Positions 1 through 9,323 of a stretch of 64,000 nt of DNA are shown here, piece after piece. How positions within the stretch are numbered: the first letter of the stretch is position 1; the number at the start of each line of letters is the position of its first letter. The stretch is from positions 96,001 to 160,000 of the forward strand of contig CAVOYH010000001.1 of NCBI GenBank assembly GCA_963700635.1, read 5' to 3'. Below the pieces are notes generated by a model that did no database searches, was not told where the DNA came from, and saw only the letters and a program-made list of their open reading frames with translations. This stretch comes from an uncultured Bacteroidota bacterium. GTDB lineage: Bacteria; Bacteroidota; Ignavibacteria; UBA10030; UBA6906. A program made the position numbers and the translations under genes.

Positions 1-1011
1 GGCAATGCCGTGGTTCCGTTGCATCGTGGTTGGAATCTTATCACCAATCCGTTCGCGCTTGATGTACCCTGGACGGCAGTGCAGTCGGTGAACGGACAGG
101 CTGCGCGCGAACCGCTCTGGAACTTCCTGGGGACGCAGGGATTCCAGATATCAACCATTCTGAAGACGTATGCCGGCTACTATTTCTATAATGTGGACAG
201 TGTTGCCACTCTGTTAATTCCTTACGCCGGCACGTCAGGAGTCCTGAAACAGGTGGACACCGCCTCCTCCGGCTCGTGGGCAGTGGGGATCAGGGTCTCG
301 ACGGATGCCTACACAGAATCTTCCGCCCGGCTGGGGATCATGTCCGAGGCTGAGGATGGATTGGACCGGTTCGACTACCACAAGCCGCGGACGATGGGCG
401 CCCTTCCGGGGGTGGTATTTAATCGCCCCGATCTGGACCCCGCCACACCAGCCTTTGTTACAGACATACGCAGGCAGGTGGGGAAAATCGCACGGTGGCC
501 GTTTGAGCTCCAGGCCTCCAGGGGAAAAGAGGTACGGTTGGAGTTTGCCGGTGTCGGCTCAGTGCCGACGGAACTGGAAATCTATCTTGTTGATGGAGCC
601 CGTGCGCGGTATGTCAATTTGAGAGAAGAGCAGACGTATGGTGTCATCCCGATCACCGATCGCTCGATGTTTACCGTCCTGATCGGCGGGCATGAGGCGG
701 TGACGGCAGAACTTGATGCCGTCATCCCGCACACGTTCGCTCTTGAACAAAATTTCCCCAATCCGTTCAATCCCACCACCACAATTCCTCTGTCAGTTCC
801 GGTGATGGGAGATGTGACTGTGAAAGTGTACAGCATCCTGGGTGAAGAAGTTCGGACCCTCCACAGCGGGGTGTTGGAGAGAGGACGTCACTGGTTAACG
901 TGGGACGGGCGGAATGATGCCGGCCGCATGGTGGCAACGGGTATGTATCTGACCCGCCTGACCACGCCTGTCGGCGGAAGCTTTATCATCAAAATGCTTC
1001 TGATGAAATAA
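1..1011 (+). CDS. Secreted protein with T9SS type A / FlgD-Ig-like C-terminal sorting domain, 5'-truncated
   Basis: Frame open from base 1; ends FALEQNFPNPFNPTTTI...VYSILGEEVRTL...WDGRNDAG..VATGMYL..KMLLMK. Confidence 0.85.
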   Translation, partial: GNAVVPLHRGWNLITNPFALDVPWTAVQSVNGQAAREPLWNFLGTQGFQISTILKTYAGYYFYNVDSVATLLIPYAGTSGVLKQVDTASSGSWAVGIRVSTDAYTESSARLGIMSEAEDGLDRFDYHKPRTMGALPGVVFNRPDLDPATPAFVTDIRRQVGKIARWPFELQASRGKEVRLEFAGVGSVPTELEIYLVDGARARYVNLREEQTYGVIPITDRSMFTVLIGGHEAVTAELDAVIPHTFALEQNFPNPFNPTTTIPLSVPVMGDVTVKVYSILGEEVRTLHSGVLERGRHWLTWDGRNDAGRMVATGMYLTRLTTPVGGSFIIKMLLMK

Positions 1012-1025
1012 GGTTCGGAGGTTTT

Positions 1026-1550
1026 ATGGGTGTGGTGAATTGTCGAAGAAGATTCCTGAGTTGTTTCCTTGCCGTGTTGCTGCTCGTGCAGGGTTTTCCG
1101 ATCTCCCTCCAGGCCGACGATACAACGATTGAGAATGTCCGGTTTGAGATACGGGGCGAACTCGTTAATGTGTTTTATGATCTTAACGCCCCCATTGACA
1201 AGGTCCATGAGGTACGATTGTATCTCAGGAGAGAAAGTGATATGTCATTTCTCTATCGTCCGATGAACACGACGGGCGATGTGGGAACCATCGTCATCCC
1301 CGGTATAGGTCGGCGGATTGTGTGGGATATTACGAAGGAGTTCCCGGCAGGTCCGGTCGGTGACGATTACTATTTTGTTCTGGAGGCAGAGGTTGCCGAA
1401 GTCGAGGGGACGAACCAATGGCTCTGGATCGGCGGAGGCGCGGCCCTGGTCGGCGGAGTTGTGGGCTTGCTCCTGATCAGCGGCGGATCCAAAGATACTC
1501 CCCCTCCGCCGGGAACGTCCGGCTTCCCGGATCCCCCGGGCAGACCGTAG
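1026..1550 (+). CDS. Hypothetical exported protein with C-terminal Gly-rich TM helix and Pro-rich tail
   Basis: Signal-peptide-like N-terminus, beta-rich core, WLWIGGGAALVGGVVGLLLISGG then PPPPGTSGFPDPPGRP. Confidence 0.75.
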   Translation: MGVVNCRRRFLSCFLAVLLLVQGFPISLQADDTTIENVRFEIRGELVNVFYDLNAPIDKVHEVRLYLRRESDMSFLYRPMNTTGDVGTIVIPGIGRRIVWDITKEFPAGPVGDDYYFVLEAEVAEVEGTNQWLWIGGGAALVGGVVGLLLISGGSKDTPPPPGTSGFPDPPGRP

Positions 1551-1588
1551 GGAGCATAATGATCATCGTACGAATGACGAGCGTCTGT

Positions 1589-2077
1589 ATGAAGAAAGTA
1601 TGTCTGGTGGGATGTTTGCTCCTGGCGGGTCTGGATCTCGGACTCGGACAGGTAGTCACCGGCCGCAGTGAAGCGGGAAAATTGTCCGTTACGGCGCTGG
1701 ATAGCGCAGACCTTCAGTCCGTGCTCAAGGTACGGATGGCAACGTATGATTATGAATTCACGGAGCCATCAGGTGATAATTTTCTCGAACCACGGGAGAC
1801 AGGACGGCTGCGTGTCGTGATCACGAACACGGGAAAGGTCGTGCTTCGCAATATCGTCGCACGTATTATCCCCCTTGCACCACCGACGGATATCAGCTTT
1901 AACGATTCCATCGATGTCGGAGAAATCCCTGTGAATGCAACGCGGTATGCAATATTCCATTTTACCGCAGCCGAAAACGTAAGTTCACAGATTCTGACGT
2001 TTCAGATTGACGTACGCGATCCCCAGGGGAGTATAGCAGATTCGCGGCTCTTTACTTTCCTCACACGAACACGATAA
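1589..2077 (+). CDS. Hypothetical exported protein, CARDB/Ig-like domain
   Basis: Start moved to MKKVCLVGCLLLAG (signal peptide, GLG/Q); SGDNFLEPRETGRLRVVITNTG motif typical of CARDB-like domains. Confidence 0.65.
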   Translation: MKKVCLVGCLLLAGLDLGLGQVVTGRSEAGKLSVTALDSADLQSVLKVRMATYDYEFTEPSGDNFLEPRETGRLRVVITNTGKVVLRNIVARIIPLAPPTDISFNDSIDVGEIPVNATRYAIFHFTAAENVSSQILTFQIDVRDPQGSIADSRLFTFLTRTR

Positions 2078-2533
2078 AGGGTTGTGGGCTTGAGATGCTG
2101 AAGCAGAAGTGCTTATGCTGAGGGGGGGAGGGTGCGGTCGCCAGCGGGATGGGGTTATGCGTGGGTGGTTTCTTCGATCCATTTGGCCGTAGCAGATCGC
2201 ATAGTCACATCACGTTCGTTTGCGAAACGAAGGAATAAGACCACAAGTCCGCACATCGAAACGTAACCAACTACCACCAGAGCGATTTCCACGATACCTC
2301 CTGCTTGGCCTACGTAAACACAATGTACACATATCCTGATTCAGATGGAACGAAAAAAATCTCTGCCTCTTGTGCCCGTCCTCCGGGTCGTTCCATGTTG
2401 TCATGACCATGTGTTACAACAAGTGTGCCGGTGGGTTGCCTGAGAGAAAAGTGAGGATTCCGACTCGTCTTCAGTGTTGGCAACCGGGCGACGGTCTCTC
2501 AGTGGATAGAGTGGGCAGTACGTTTCTACAAAT

Positions 2534-2565
2534 TTGACATTCATTCAATTTCTTTGCAATATGAT
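2534..2565 (+). promoter_or_regulatory. Candidate promoter of the EPS operon
   Basis: TTGACA at 2534 in an AT-rich patch; -10 ambiguous (CAATAT at 17 nt or TATGAT at 20 nt); GAGGTG RBS before 2612. Confidence 0.4.
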
Positions 2566-2611
2566 TTGAAATATGCACATTTTTGACATTGGATCAGGGA
2601 TGAGGTGAACG

Positions 2612-4942
2612 ATGAAGACACATGAATCACGCCGGAGCTCAGGGGGGGTGACGCAGGAACGGACGTTTCAGGAGTACCTCGCCGTCATGCTTCGAGGAAA
2701 GTGGATCATCGTCATTACGTTTTTCGTGGTGCTCCTGGCCACACTCTTGTTCACAAAACTTATGGACCCGGTGTACCAGGCGACGGCAAAGGTCCTCCTG
2801 AATCCTACCGAGCTCAGGGGCTCGTTGTTTCTGGATGCCGGACGTGCTGACGGGGTCAAGAACATCGTCCAGAATGAACTGGCGATCCTGGGCTCGCGGG
2901 CGTTGGCGGATTCTGTTGCTGAACGGCTCCGCCGCAAACGGTATCTTGCCGAGGGCAGCCCGGAGATGATTCCATCCGTAATACCCCCAGGCAACATGTC
3001 CACACCCGATAGTCTTGCCCCCCGCGAATTGGTGGCGGGGCGGGTGATCGGGGCCATCGAGTTTGATCCAGTCCGGGATTCGGATATTATTACCATAACG
3101 GCCCGGAGCAAGAACGCCCGGGAAGCGCAGATCCTCGCAAATATTTTTGCAGAGGGCTACCGGGACCGGAACATTTACATGAGCAGGGCGAAAACTCGGT
3201 CATTCCGTGAGTTTCTCGAGGCCCAGGCCAGGGAAAAACGCAAATCTCTGGAGGAAGTGGAGAATTCCCTGCAGGGATACATGGAGAACCAGGGGATTGT
3301 CTCTCTGGATGATGAGTCCAAACGGATGATCGATCAACTGGCTCAACTGGAAGCTCAACGGGACGCGACGGACATCAACCTGAAGGAATTGCAGAACATT
3401 CTGGCTTCCTATTTACAGCAGTTGCCGCAGCAGGAGACGAACGTGGCCCGTGTCGTGGGTGAAGCCAGTGACACCTACATCAAGCAGATGCAGGACCAAT
3501 TGGCCAAGCTGGAAGTGAATCGGGACATGACCGTTGTCCAGAATCCTTCCGCCACCGGACGCGAAATGCTCAACGAGCGGGTAAAAGAAATTGACCAGCA
3601 AATAGCGGCGTTGCGTCTCAAGCTTCAGCGGAGAACAGATGACTATCTTCGCACCCTGACGCCCGCACAGGGGGATGCCGCCGGCTACCTGAAGAATGTC
3701 AAGCAGAAAATAGTTGAAGCAGAGATCACCGTTCAGTCGCTGCAGGCAAAAAAGAACGCCCTCAATGAGGCAATCGCCGAGTACGAGAGAAAGTTCGACC
3801 GTATCCCCGCCAAAAGTGTGCAACTGGCGCGATTGCAGCGGTCCCGGCTGAGTAATGAAAAGCTCTACCTGATGGTTGAGGAAAAGTTTAATGAAGCCAA
3901 TATCACCGAGCAGTCAAATACCGGATATATTGAAATCATCGAGCGGGCGGCAGTCCCGTTCTCTCCTTCGAGTCCGAAGACGCTGGTAAACCTGATGCTT
4001 GGCTCTGTGATTGGACTGTTCCTCGGCGTGCTTCTGGCGTTTGTCAAGGAATACCTGGATGTGCGGGTACAGACGCCGGAAGAACTAAAACGGCGCGGGT
4101 TTGTTCCTTTTGCCCCAATCATGAACATGGACCCGGAAATTGAACGCCTGGGCAGGGGGGACAAGCTTACGGCAAAAGACAAAGCTGTCGACCCGCATCT
4201 GATCACACTGTCATTTCCTTTCTCTTCGATCGCGGAATCCTACCGGCAAATGCGGACGAATCTGCAATTTGCGAGAGTGGGAGAACCCCTGCGCACGTTA
4301 CTGGTGACAAGTCCTGCGCCCGGAGAGGGAAAATCGACCACGGCATGTAATCTGGCCATCGCGTTTGCACAAACAGGGAAGAGAGTCCTGCTTGTGGATG
4401 CCGATCTGCGCCGTCCGACGCTGGATGCGAAGTTCATGCTCAAGAAGGAACCGGGACTGACGGAGTTTGTGACGGGCAAACAGCCGTTGACTGCCGTCAT
4501 CCAGCATACGAAGGTCGAGAATCTCCATGCGATGTGCAGCGGTGAAATCCCTCCGAATCCCGCGGAACTCCTGGGATCAGAGGCGATGCGTGATATCATA
4601 GAGAAGATTTCCCGGCAGTATGATATCGTGGTCTTTGACTCATCCCCGATACTGGCGGTGACGGATGCCGCGGTTGTGTCGACCATGGTCGACGGGACGC
4701 TTGTGGTTGTTTCTGCCGGCAAGACACGCCTTCAGGATCTTGACCAGGCGACCGAACTGTTGGAAGGTGTCGGCGGGAAAGTGACAGGAGTTGTCTTGAA
4801 CAACTTCGATCCCCACCACGCATACGGCGTCTACCGTCAGGGCGGGCGGTACCGGTATTCGTACGGGCAAACATACGAGAACAAAGATCAGAACGGCGAA
4901 CAGGCCCCTGAGGCGAAACCACACGAGTCGGCGGCGGGGTGA
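2612..4942 (+). CDS. wzc: Wzc/GumC polysaccharide co-polymerase with BY tyrosine kinase
   Basis: Two TM helices flanking a coiled coil; Walker A PGEGKST, A' LLVDADLRRP, B VVFDSSP; Tyr-rich tail AYGVYRQGGRYRYSYGQTY. Confidence 0.95.
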   Translation: MKTHESRRSSGGVTQERTFQEYLAVMLRGKWIIVITFFVVLLATLLFTKLMDPVYQATAKVLLNPTELRGSLFLDAGRADGVKNIVQNELAILGSRALADSVAERLRRKRYLAEGSPEMIPSVIPPGNMSTPDSLAPRELVAGRVIGAIEFDPVRDSDIITITARSKNAREAQILANIFAEGYRDRNIYMSRAKTRSFREFLEAQAREKRKSLEEVENSLQGYMENQGIVSLDDESKRMIDQLAQLEAQRDATDINLKELQNILASYLQQLPQQETNVARVVGEASDTYIKQMQDQLAKLEVNRDMTVVQNPSATGREMLNERVKEIDQQIAALRLKLQRRTDDYLRTLTPAQGDAAGYLKNVKQKIVEAEITVQSLQAKKNALNEAIAEYERKFDRIPAKSVQLARLQRSRLSNEKLYLMVEEKFNEANITEQSNTGYIEIIERAAVPFSPSSPKTLVNLMLGSVIGLFLGVLLAFVKEYLDVRVQTPEELKRRGFVPFAPIMNMDPEIERLGRGDKLTAKDKAVDPHLITLSFPFSSIAESYRQMRTNLQFARVGEPLRTLLVTSPAPGEGKSTTACNLAIAFAQTGKRVLLVDADLRRPTLDAKFMLKKEPGLTEFVTGKQPLTAVIQHTKVENLHAMCSGEIPPNPAELLGSEAMRDIIEKISRQYDIVVFDSSPILAVTDAAVVSTMVDGTLVVVSAGKTRLQDLDQATELLEGVGGKVTGVVLNNFDPHHAYGVYRQGGRYRYSYGQTYENKDQNGEQAPEAKPHESAAG

Positions 4943-4974
4943 TGCATATTCGGAACCTACAAAGGAACATTCTC

Positions 4975-5484
4975 ATGTCGTTGCAAAAGGTTCTTCTCAC
5001 CCTTGGTGTCTTCACATGCGTTATGAGCGGCGTCGCTGTGGCGCAGATGGAGACCAATTTGGGTGCGTCACACTCGGGCGCTTCGTCGGCCGCATACTAT
5101 TATATTTCGAAGCCCGGAGAGATCACCATGTCGATCAATCTCTGGGGATATGTCCGGAATCCGGGCCGTTATGAAGTCCCGATTTCTACGGATTTGATCC
5201 AGCTCCTTTCGTACGCGGGCGGGCCGTTGGCTGACGCAGACCTTGGGTCCGTCAAAATCGCGCGTGCCGTCAGGAGGGATGATGCCATTCGAACGGTGGA
5301 ATACACCGTAAATCTACGGCACCTTGACAAACTGGATGAGAAGGCACGCGACATTGAACCGGGTGATACGATTTTTATAGAAGCTCCGTCGTTCACCATG
5401 CGCGACCTGTTCACTGTGTTGACCACGGCGGCAATCATTACGGCTGCGCTGGCAAACGCAGTCATCGCTGCCCGGGGGTTATAG
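4975..5484 (+). CDS. SLBB-domain polysaccharide export protein (short Wza-like)
   Basis: INLWGYVRNPGRYEV...LIQLLSYAGG...IEPGDTIFI; signal peptide; C-terminal hydrophobic helix; follows wzc. Confidence 0.85.
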   Translation: MSLQKVLLTLGVFTCVMSGVAVAQMETNLGASHSGASSAAYYYISKPGEITMSINLWGYVRNPGRYEVPISTDLIQLLSYAGGPLADADLGSVKIARAVRRDDAIRTVEYTVNLRHLDKLDEKARDIEPGDTIFIEAPSFTMRDLFTVLTTAAIITAALANAVIAARGL

Positions 5485-5795
5485 CATGTGGTGTGCATTA
5501 CCTTTCTTTTTCGGGGCACTGAGGGGTCGGATTCGGTGACATACCGGCCCCATGCCACGACCCCGCTCCCACTCTCTCACCCAACGCCACGGTCGCTCTA
5601 CACCAGGTCAGCCCGGAGGCCACGCGCACTGCCTCTGCTCTGCGGCTCGCCTCATTGCAGCTCTCCGTGCCCCATAACGCTGGATCCTTCCATGCGTCTC
5701 GTGTACGCGCAGGCTCATCCAGATTGTTCTGATATGCCCCGGGGAGACACGCATGGTGTTCCGGTACCCTTCGCACAACTGAGAGTCAGTGTACC

Positions 5796-7079
5796 ATGAA
5801 GACAAAACTCTCACTGTTCATGATGATCCAGATCTTTAACTCGGTTGCTGGAGCGCTCGCGACGATGGTGATACCGAGCGCCGAGCGCCTGATCCGGTTG
5901 GGCGTTTTCGGCGGCGACATGCTTATGGTGCTCCTTGCCTTGTCCGCGTTCTGGACCAGAAAGGATTTTTACGGCGTGCGCTATATGGCGCTGTTCATGC
6001 TCGTCTCCACGCTGACGTTTATTTATACCGCTGATCGCTTTGGATTTCCCGAACACCTGAACGGCCTTCGGGAAACGCTTTTTTTCTTCTCCTCGATCGT
6101 CGTCGCGCATGATCTGTATGAATCATACTTGCGTCCGCTCTTTGTGAAAGGGTTTACGATTTATCTTATTCTCTTCGCGATTCTCCAGACTCCCGTAGCA
6201 ATCGTGCAGTTTCTGAAATTCGGAGCCGGCGACCCGGTGGGGGGGACATACGGTACTGCGGGCGGGAGCGGCTATCTGTCCCAGTTGTTGTTTCTGATTT
6301 GCTTCTATCTGGTGGTCCGGTACGCTTCCCTGTCCGACGGCTCGAACTTCCGCATCATGCGTACCATGCTCGTGCTCCCCATTCTTATCCCCTGCGCACT
6401 GAATGAAACGAAGATCTCCTTCGTGCTTCTGGCCGGTTTTCTCGTCCTCCTGGTCACTTCACCCAGGAGGGTGTATCGCGCCATCCCCCTGATCCTGCTC
6501 GGGATTGGATTGATGTACACGCTCAACTATTTCTATACGGAAACGGTCACCGATACCACGACAACAGTATTCGATAAGGATTATATAGAAAAATATCTTC
6601 TTACGAATCCCACCGGAACCGGGGGCGATCTGCCCCGATTACAGCGGGTCGAAATCATGTTCCACATCATGAGGGATGACGTCGGATCATTCCTCCTGGG
6701 AATGGGATACGGCGTGCTCGGGGGTGGGAACATCATGAGCGTCTCCCGCCTCGGACGTTCCCTCTACTATCTTGTGACCGGTTCGCGTATTCTTTTCTTC
6801 CGGACCTGGATCCAGGGGGGGCTGCTCGCTACGCTTCTTGTTGCGGGGGTAATGTTTGCCTATCTGCGTTCCCGGGTAGAGAAATACTTCACCCTGCGGC
6901 AGTTCTCCTGGTTCCTCCTCTTCAGTCTGATCGTGGTTTGGGTATATGACGAGGCGGTGTTCGATCGCGTCTTCGCTCCAATCACGGCGTTTTTTATGAT
7001 GTGGATCCGTGCGGGAGGTCAGATGACCGAAGTTGATCCGACCCTGCTCCCCCTTGAGGAAGACGATGCCCATGCGTGA
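5796..7079 (+). CDS. Polytopic membrane protein, probable Wzy polymerase / O-antigen ligase family
   Basis: About 10-11 hydrophobic segments, periplasmic loop followed by FLLGMGYG; position in the operon. Confidence 0.7.
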   Translation: MKTKLSLFMMIQIFNSVAGALATMVIPSAERLIRLGVFGGDMLMVLLALSAFWTRKDFYGVRYMALFMLVSTLTFIYTADRFGFPEHLNGLRETLFFFSSIVVAHDLYESYLRPLFVKGFTIYLILFAILQTPVAIVQFLKFGAGDPVGGTYGTAGGSGYLSQLLFLICFYLVVRYASLSDGSNFRIMRTMLVLPILIPCALNETKISFVLLAGFLVLLVTSPRRVYRAIPLILLGIGLMYTLNYFYTETVTDTTTTVFDKDYIEKYLLTNPTGTGGDLPRLQRVEIMFHIMRDDVGSFLLGMGYGVLGGGNIMSVSRLGRSLYYLVTGSRILFFRTWIQGGLLATLLVAGVMFAYLRSRVEKYFTLRQFSWFLLFSLIVVWVYDEAVFDRVFAPITAFFMMWIRAGGQMTEVDPTLLPLEEDDAHA

Positions 7080-8166
7080 GACGGACCACGCACACCTTCT
7101 GATTGTCAGCCAGGACCAATTCGGCTACCTCACGGACACCTTCCAATACAGCAAGCATCTCCGGGAGCACTTCCAGGTCACCTATGTGGGCTGGCAGTAC
7201 GACCTTCCAGAGATCACGCTTGACCGCGTTGAGTGTATCCACATCTCCCGCGAAGGTGGAAAAATTCGGAGATATCTTGTTTTTCTCATCCGCGCGATGC
7301 GCATCGTGCGCGAGCGGCCAATGGACGTCCTCATGGTGGAATATTTCCCGCTTTGTGCATTGCTGCCGCTCTTCGGCGGAAAACGTGCACATATGGTCCT
7401 GGACATCAGAACGGGCTATGTCCGAAACAGTAATACGATACGCGTGTTGGCAAATGCGCTGATGACGTTCGAGAGCCTCTTCTTCAAGCACGTGACGGTG
7501 ATTTCCGACAGTCTGCGCCGTTTTCTCTGGATCAGCAAAAAAAAAGCCCGCATTGTGCCGCTGGGCGCCGACGAATGTGAATTTCCAGTCAAGGAATTCG
7601 ACTCCCTCCGGCTTTTTTATGTGGGATCGCTGGATTATCGCCACATCGATGAGACGGTGAAGGGCCTGGACATGTTTCTCCGCCGTCATCCGGACGCCCC
7701 CATCGAATCCTATGATATTGTAGGATTTGGCTCGCAGCAGGAAGAAAAGAGGTTGAAGGAGGCAATCCGGGGAGCATCATTGTCACCACGGATCGTTTTT
7801 CACGGGCGTATACCGAACAGGGATTTGACGCCCTTTCTGGAACGGTGTAATGTCGGAGTTGCATTTATTCCAGCGAAAGCGCATTATCAATGTCAGCCTG
7901 CAACGAAGGTTTTCGAGTATCTCCTCGCAGGAATGGTGGTTATAGCTACGCACACGTATGAAAATGCACGGGTCATCACTGCCAAAAACGGAGTGTTGAG
8001 CGACGACTCGGCCGAAGGATTCTGTCAGGGGCTTGAGAAGTTACTTGAACGCCTCCGGACATACGATAGCTCCCGCATCCGTTCCGACATCGGCGGATAT
8101 GCCTGGCATCGGATTGTGGCAGAGAACTTGCTGCCTTTTTTGACCGTATTACTACGACAACCATGA
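7072..8166 (+). CDS. Glycosyltransferase family 4
   Basis: GT-B motifs FYVGSL, FHGRIP, PATKVFEYLLAG; start overlaps the upstream gene end. Confidence 0.9.
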   Translation: MRETDHAHLLIVSQDQFGYLTDTFQYSKHLREHFQVTYVGWQYDLPEITLDRVECIHISREGGKIRRYLVFLIRAMRIVRERPMDVLMVEYFPLCALLPLFGGKRAHMVLDIRTGYVRNSNTIRVLANALMTFESLFFKHVTVISDSLRRFLWISKKKARIVPLGADECEFPVKEFDSLRLFYVGSLDYRHIDETVKGLDMFLRRHPDAPIESYDIVGFGSQQEEKRLKEAIRGASLSPRIVFHGRIPNRDLTPFLERCNVGVAFIPAKAHYQCQPATKVFEYLLAGMVVIATHTYENARVITAKNGVLSDDSAEGFCQGLEKLLERLRTYDSSRIRSDIGGYAWHRIVAENLLPFLTVLLRQP

Positions 8167-8176
8167 AGGAACCGGA

Positions 8177-9298
8177 ATGAGAATCCCCCCTGCTCGTATC
8201 CACTTTTCCGAGACAGATCGTGCAACCATCACCAAGGCAATTGATGAAGTCCTGTCGACAGGTCAGTTGACCCTCGGGAAATACGGCAAACAGCTTGAAG
8301 AAGAATTTGCCCGTTTTATCGGAACAAAACACGCTGTTGTGGTCAACAGCGGAACAAGTTCGATTCAGATTCCCATGCACGTCTATGACATTCGGGACAA
8401 AGAGGTCCTGATTCCGACCAACACGTTTTTTGCCACAGCACTCGGTGTTTTGCATGCCGGGGGCATTGTGAGATTTGTAGATTGTGATCCAGAGACGTTT
8501 TCGGTGGATATGGACAGCCTGCGGTCTCAGATCACAGAACGAACGGCTGGTGTGGTGGTAGTGCATATCGGCGGCATTGTCACACCCCACATGGCCGAAA
8601 TTCAGGAATTATGCACGAAACACAACCTTTTCCTCTTTGAGGATGCAGCACATGCCCACGGGAGCTCCTATGGGGGCCGCAATGCCGGAACGTTCGGTGA
8701 CTCCGCGTCATTTTCCTTCTATCCGACCAAAATCATTACCAGCGGTGAAGGGGGGATCATCGTCACAGACTCTGACAGGATGGATGAGGAATCGAGGCTT
8801 TACCGCGACCAGGGAAAGGCAACGTTTACTGCGAATATTCACAACAAGCTGGGGTACAACTGGCGCATGAGTGAGCCTCACGCCATCATCGGACTTCAGC
8901 ATTTCCGGCATCTTCCGGAGTTTATTGCGGAACGTAACCGTCTGGCCAGAGTTTATGACCGCGCGCTTCATGGGGTTCAGGGTGTGCAGGCACTCCGGCT
9001 CGCCAAGGGCAGCGTGTCGAACTACTATAAATACATCGCCATGCTGGATGAGCACATCGACCGGGCAAAACTCAAGAAAGTCCTTCGCGAAAAATTTGAT
9101 GTGGGTCTCAGCGGGGAGGTGTATGAACTTCCGGTGCACCTTCAGCCATACTTTGAAGGAAAATACAAACGGGGGGATCTCCCGAAGTCGGAATACCTCT
9201 GTGCACACCATATCTGTCTGCCGCTGTACGCGACGATGACGGATGCCGATGCGGAGTATGTCGTCGCAAGTCTGCGCGATGCTGTTGCTTTAGTCTGA
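8177..9298 (+). CDS. DegT/DnrJ/EryC1/StrS sugar aminotransferase
   Basis: VNSGTS, EDAAHAHG, SFYPTKIITSGEGG (PLP Lys), GYNWRM. Confidence 0.95.
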   Translation: MRIPPARIHFSETDRATITKAIDEVLSTGQLTLGKYGKQLEEEFARFIGTKHAVVVNSGTSSIQIPMHVYDIRDKEVLIPTNTFFATALGVLHAGGIVRFVDCDPETFSVDMDSLRSQITERTAGVVVVHIGGIVTPHMAEIQELCTKHNLFLFEDAAHAHGSSYGGRNAGTFGDSASFSFYPTKIITSGEGGIIVTDSDRMDEESRLYRDQGKATFTANIHNKLGYNWRMSEPHAIIGLQHFRHLPEFIAERNRLARVYDRALHGVQGVQALRLAKGSVSNYYKYIAMLDEHIDRAKLKKVLREKFDVGLSGEVYELPVHLQPYFEGKYKRGDLPKSEYLCAHHICLPLYATMTDADAEYVVASLRDAVALV

Positions 9299-9323
9299 CG
9301 TCGAAATTGAGGATAGGAATACT

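Noticed and set aside
5488-5799. 103-aa ORF in the wza-wzy gap
   Set aside because: No RBS, Pro/Arg-rich composition and no motifs; treated as non-coding
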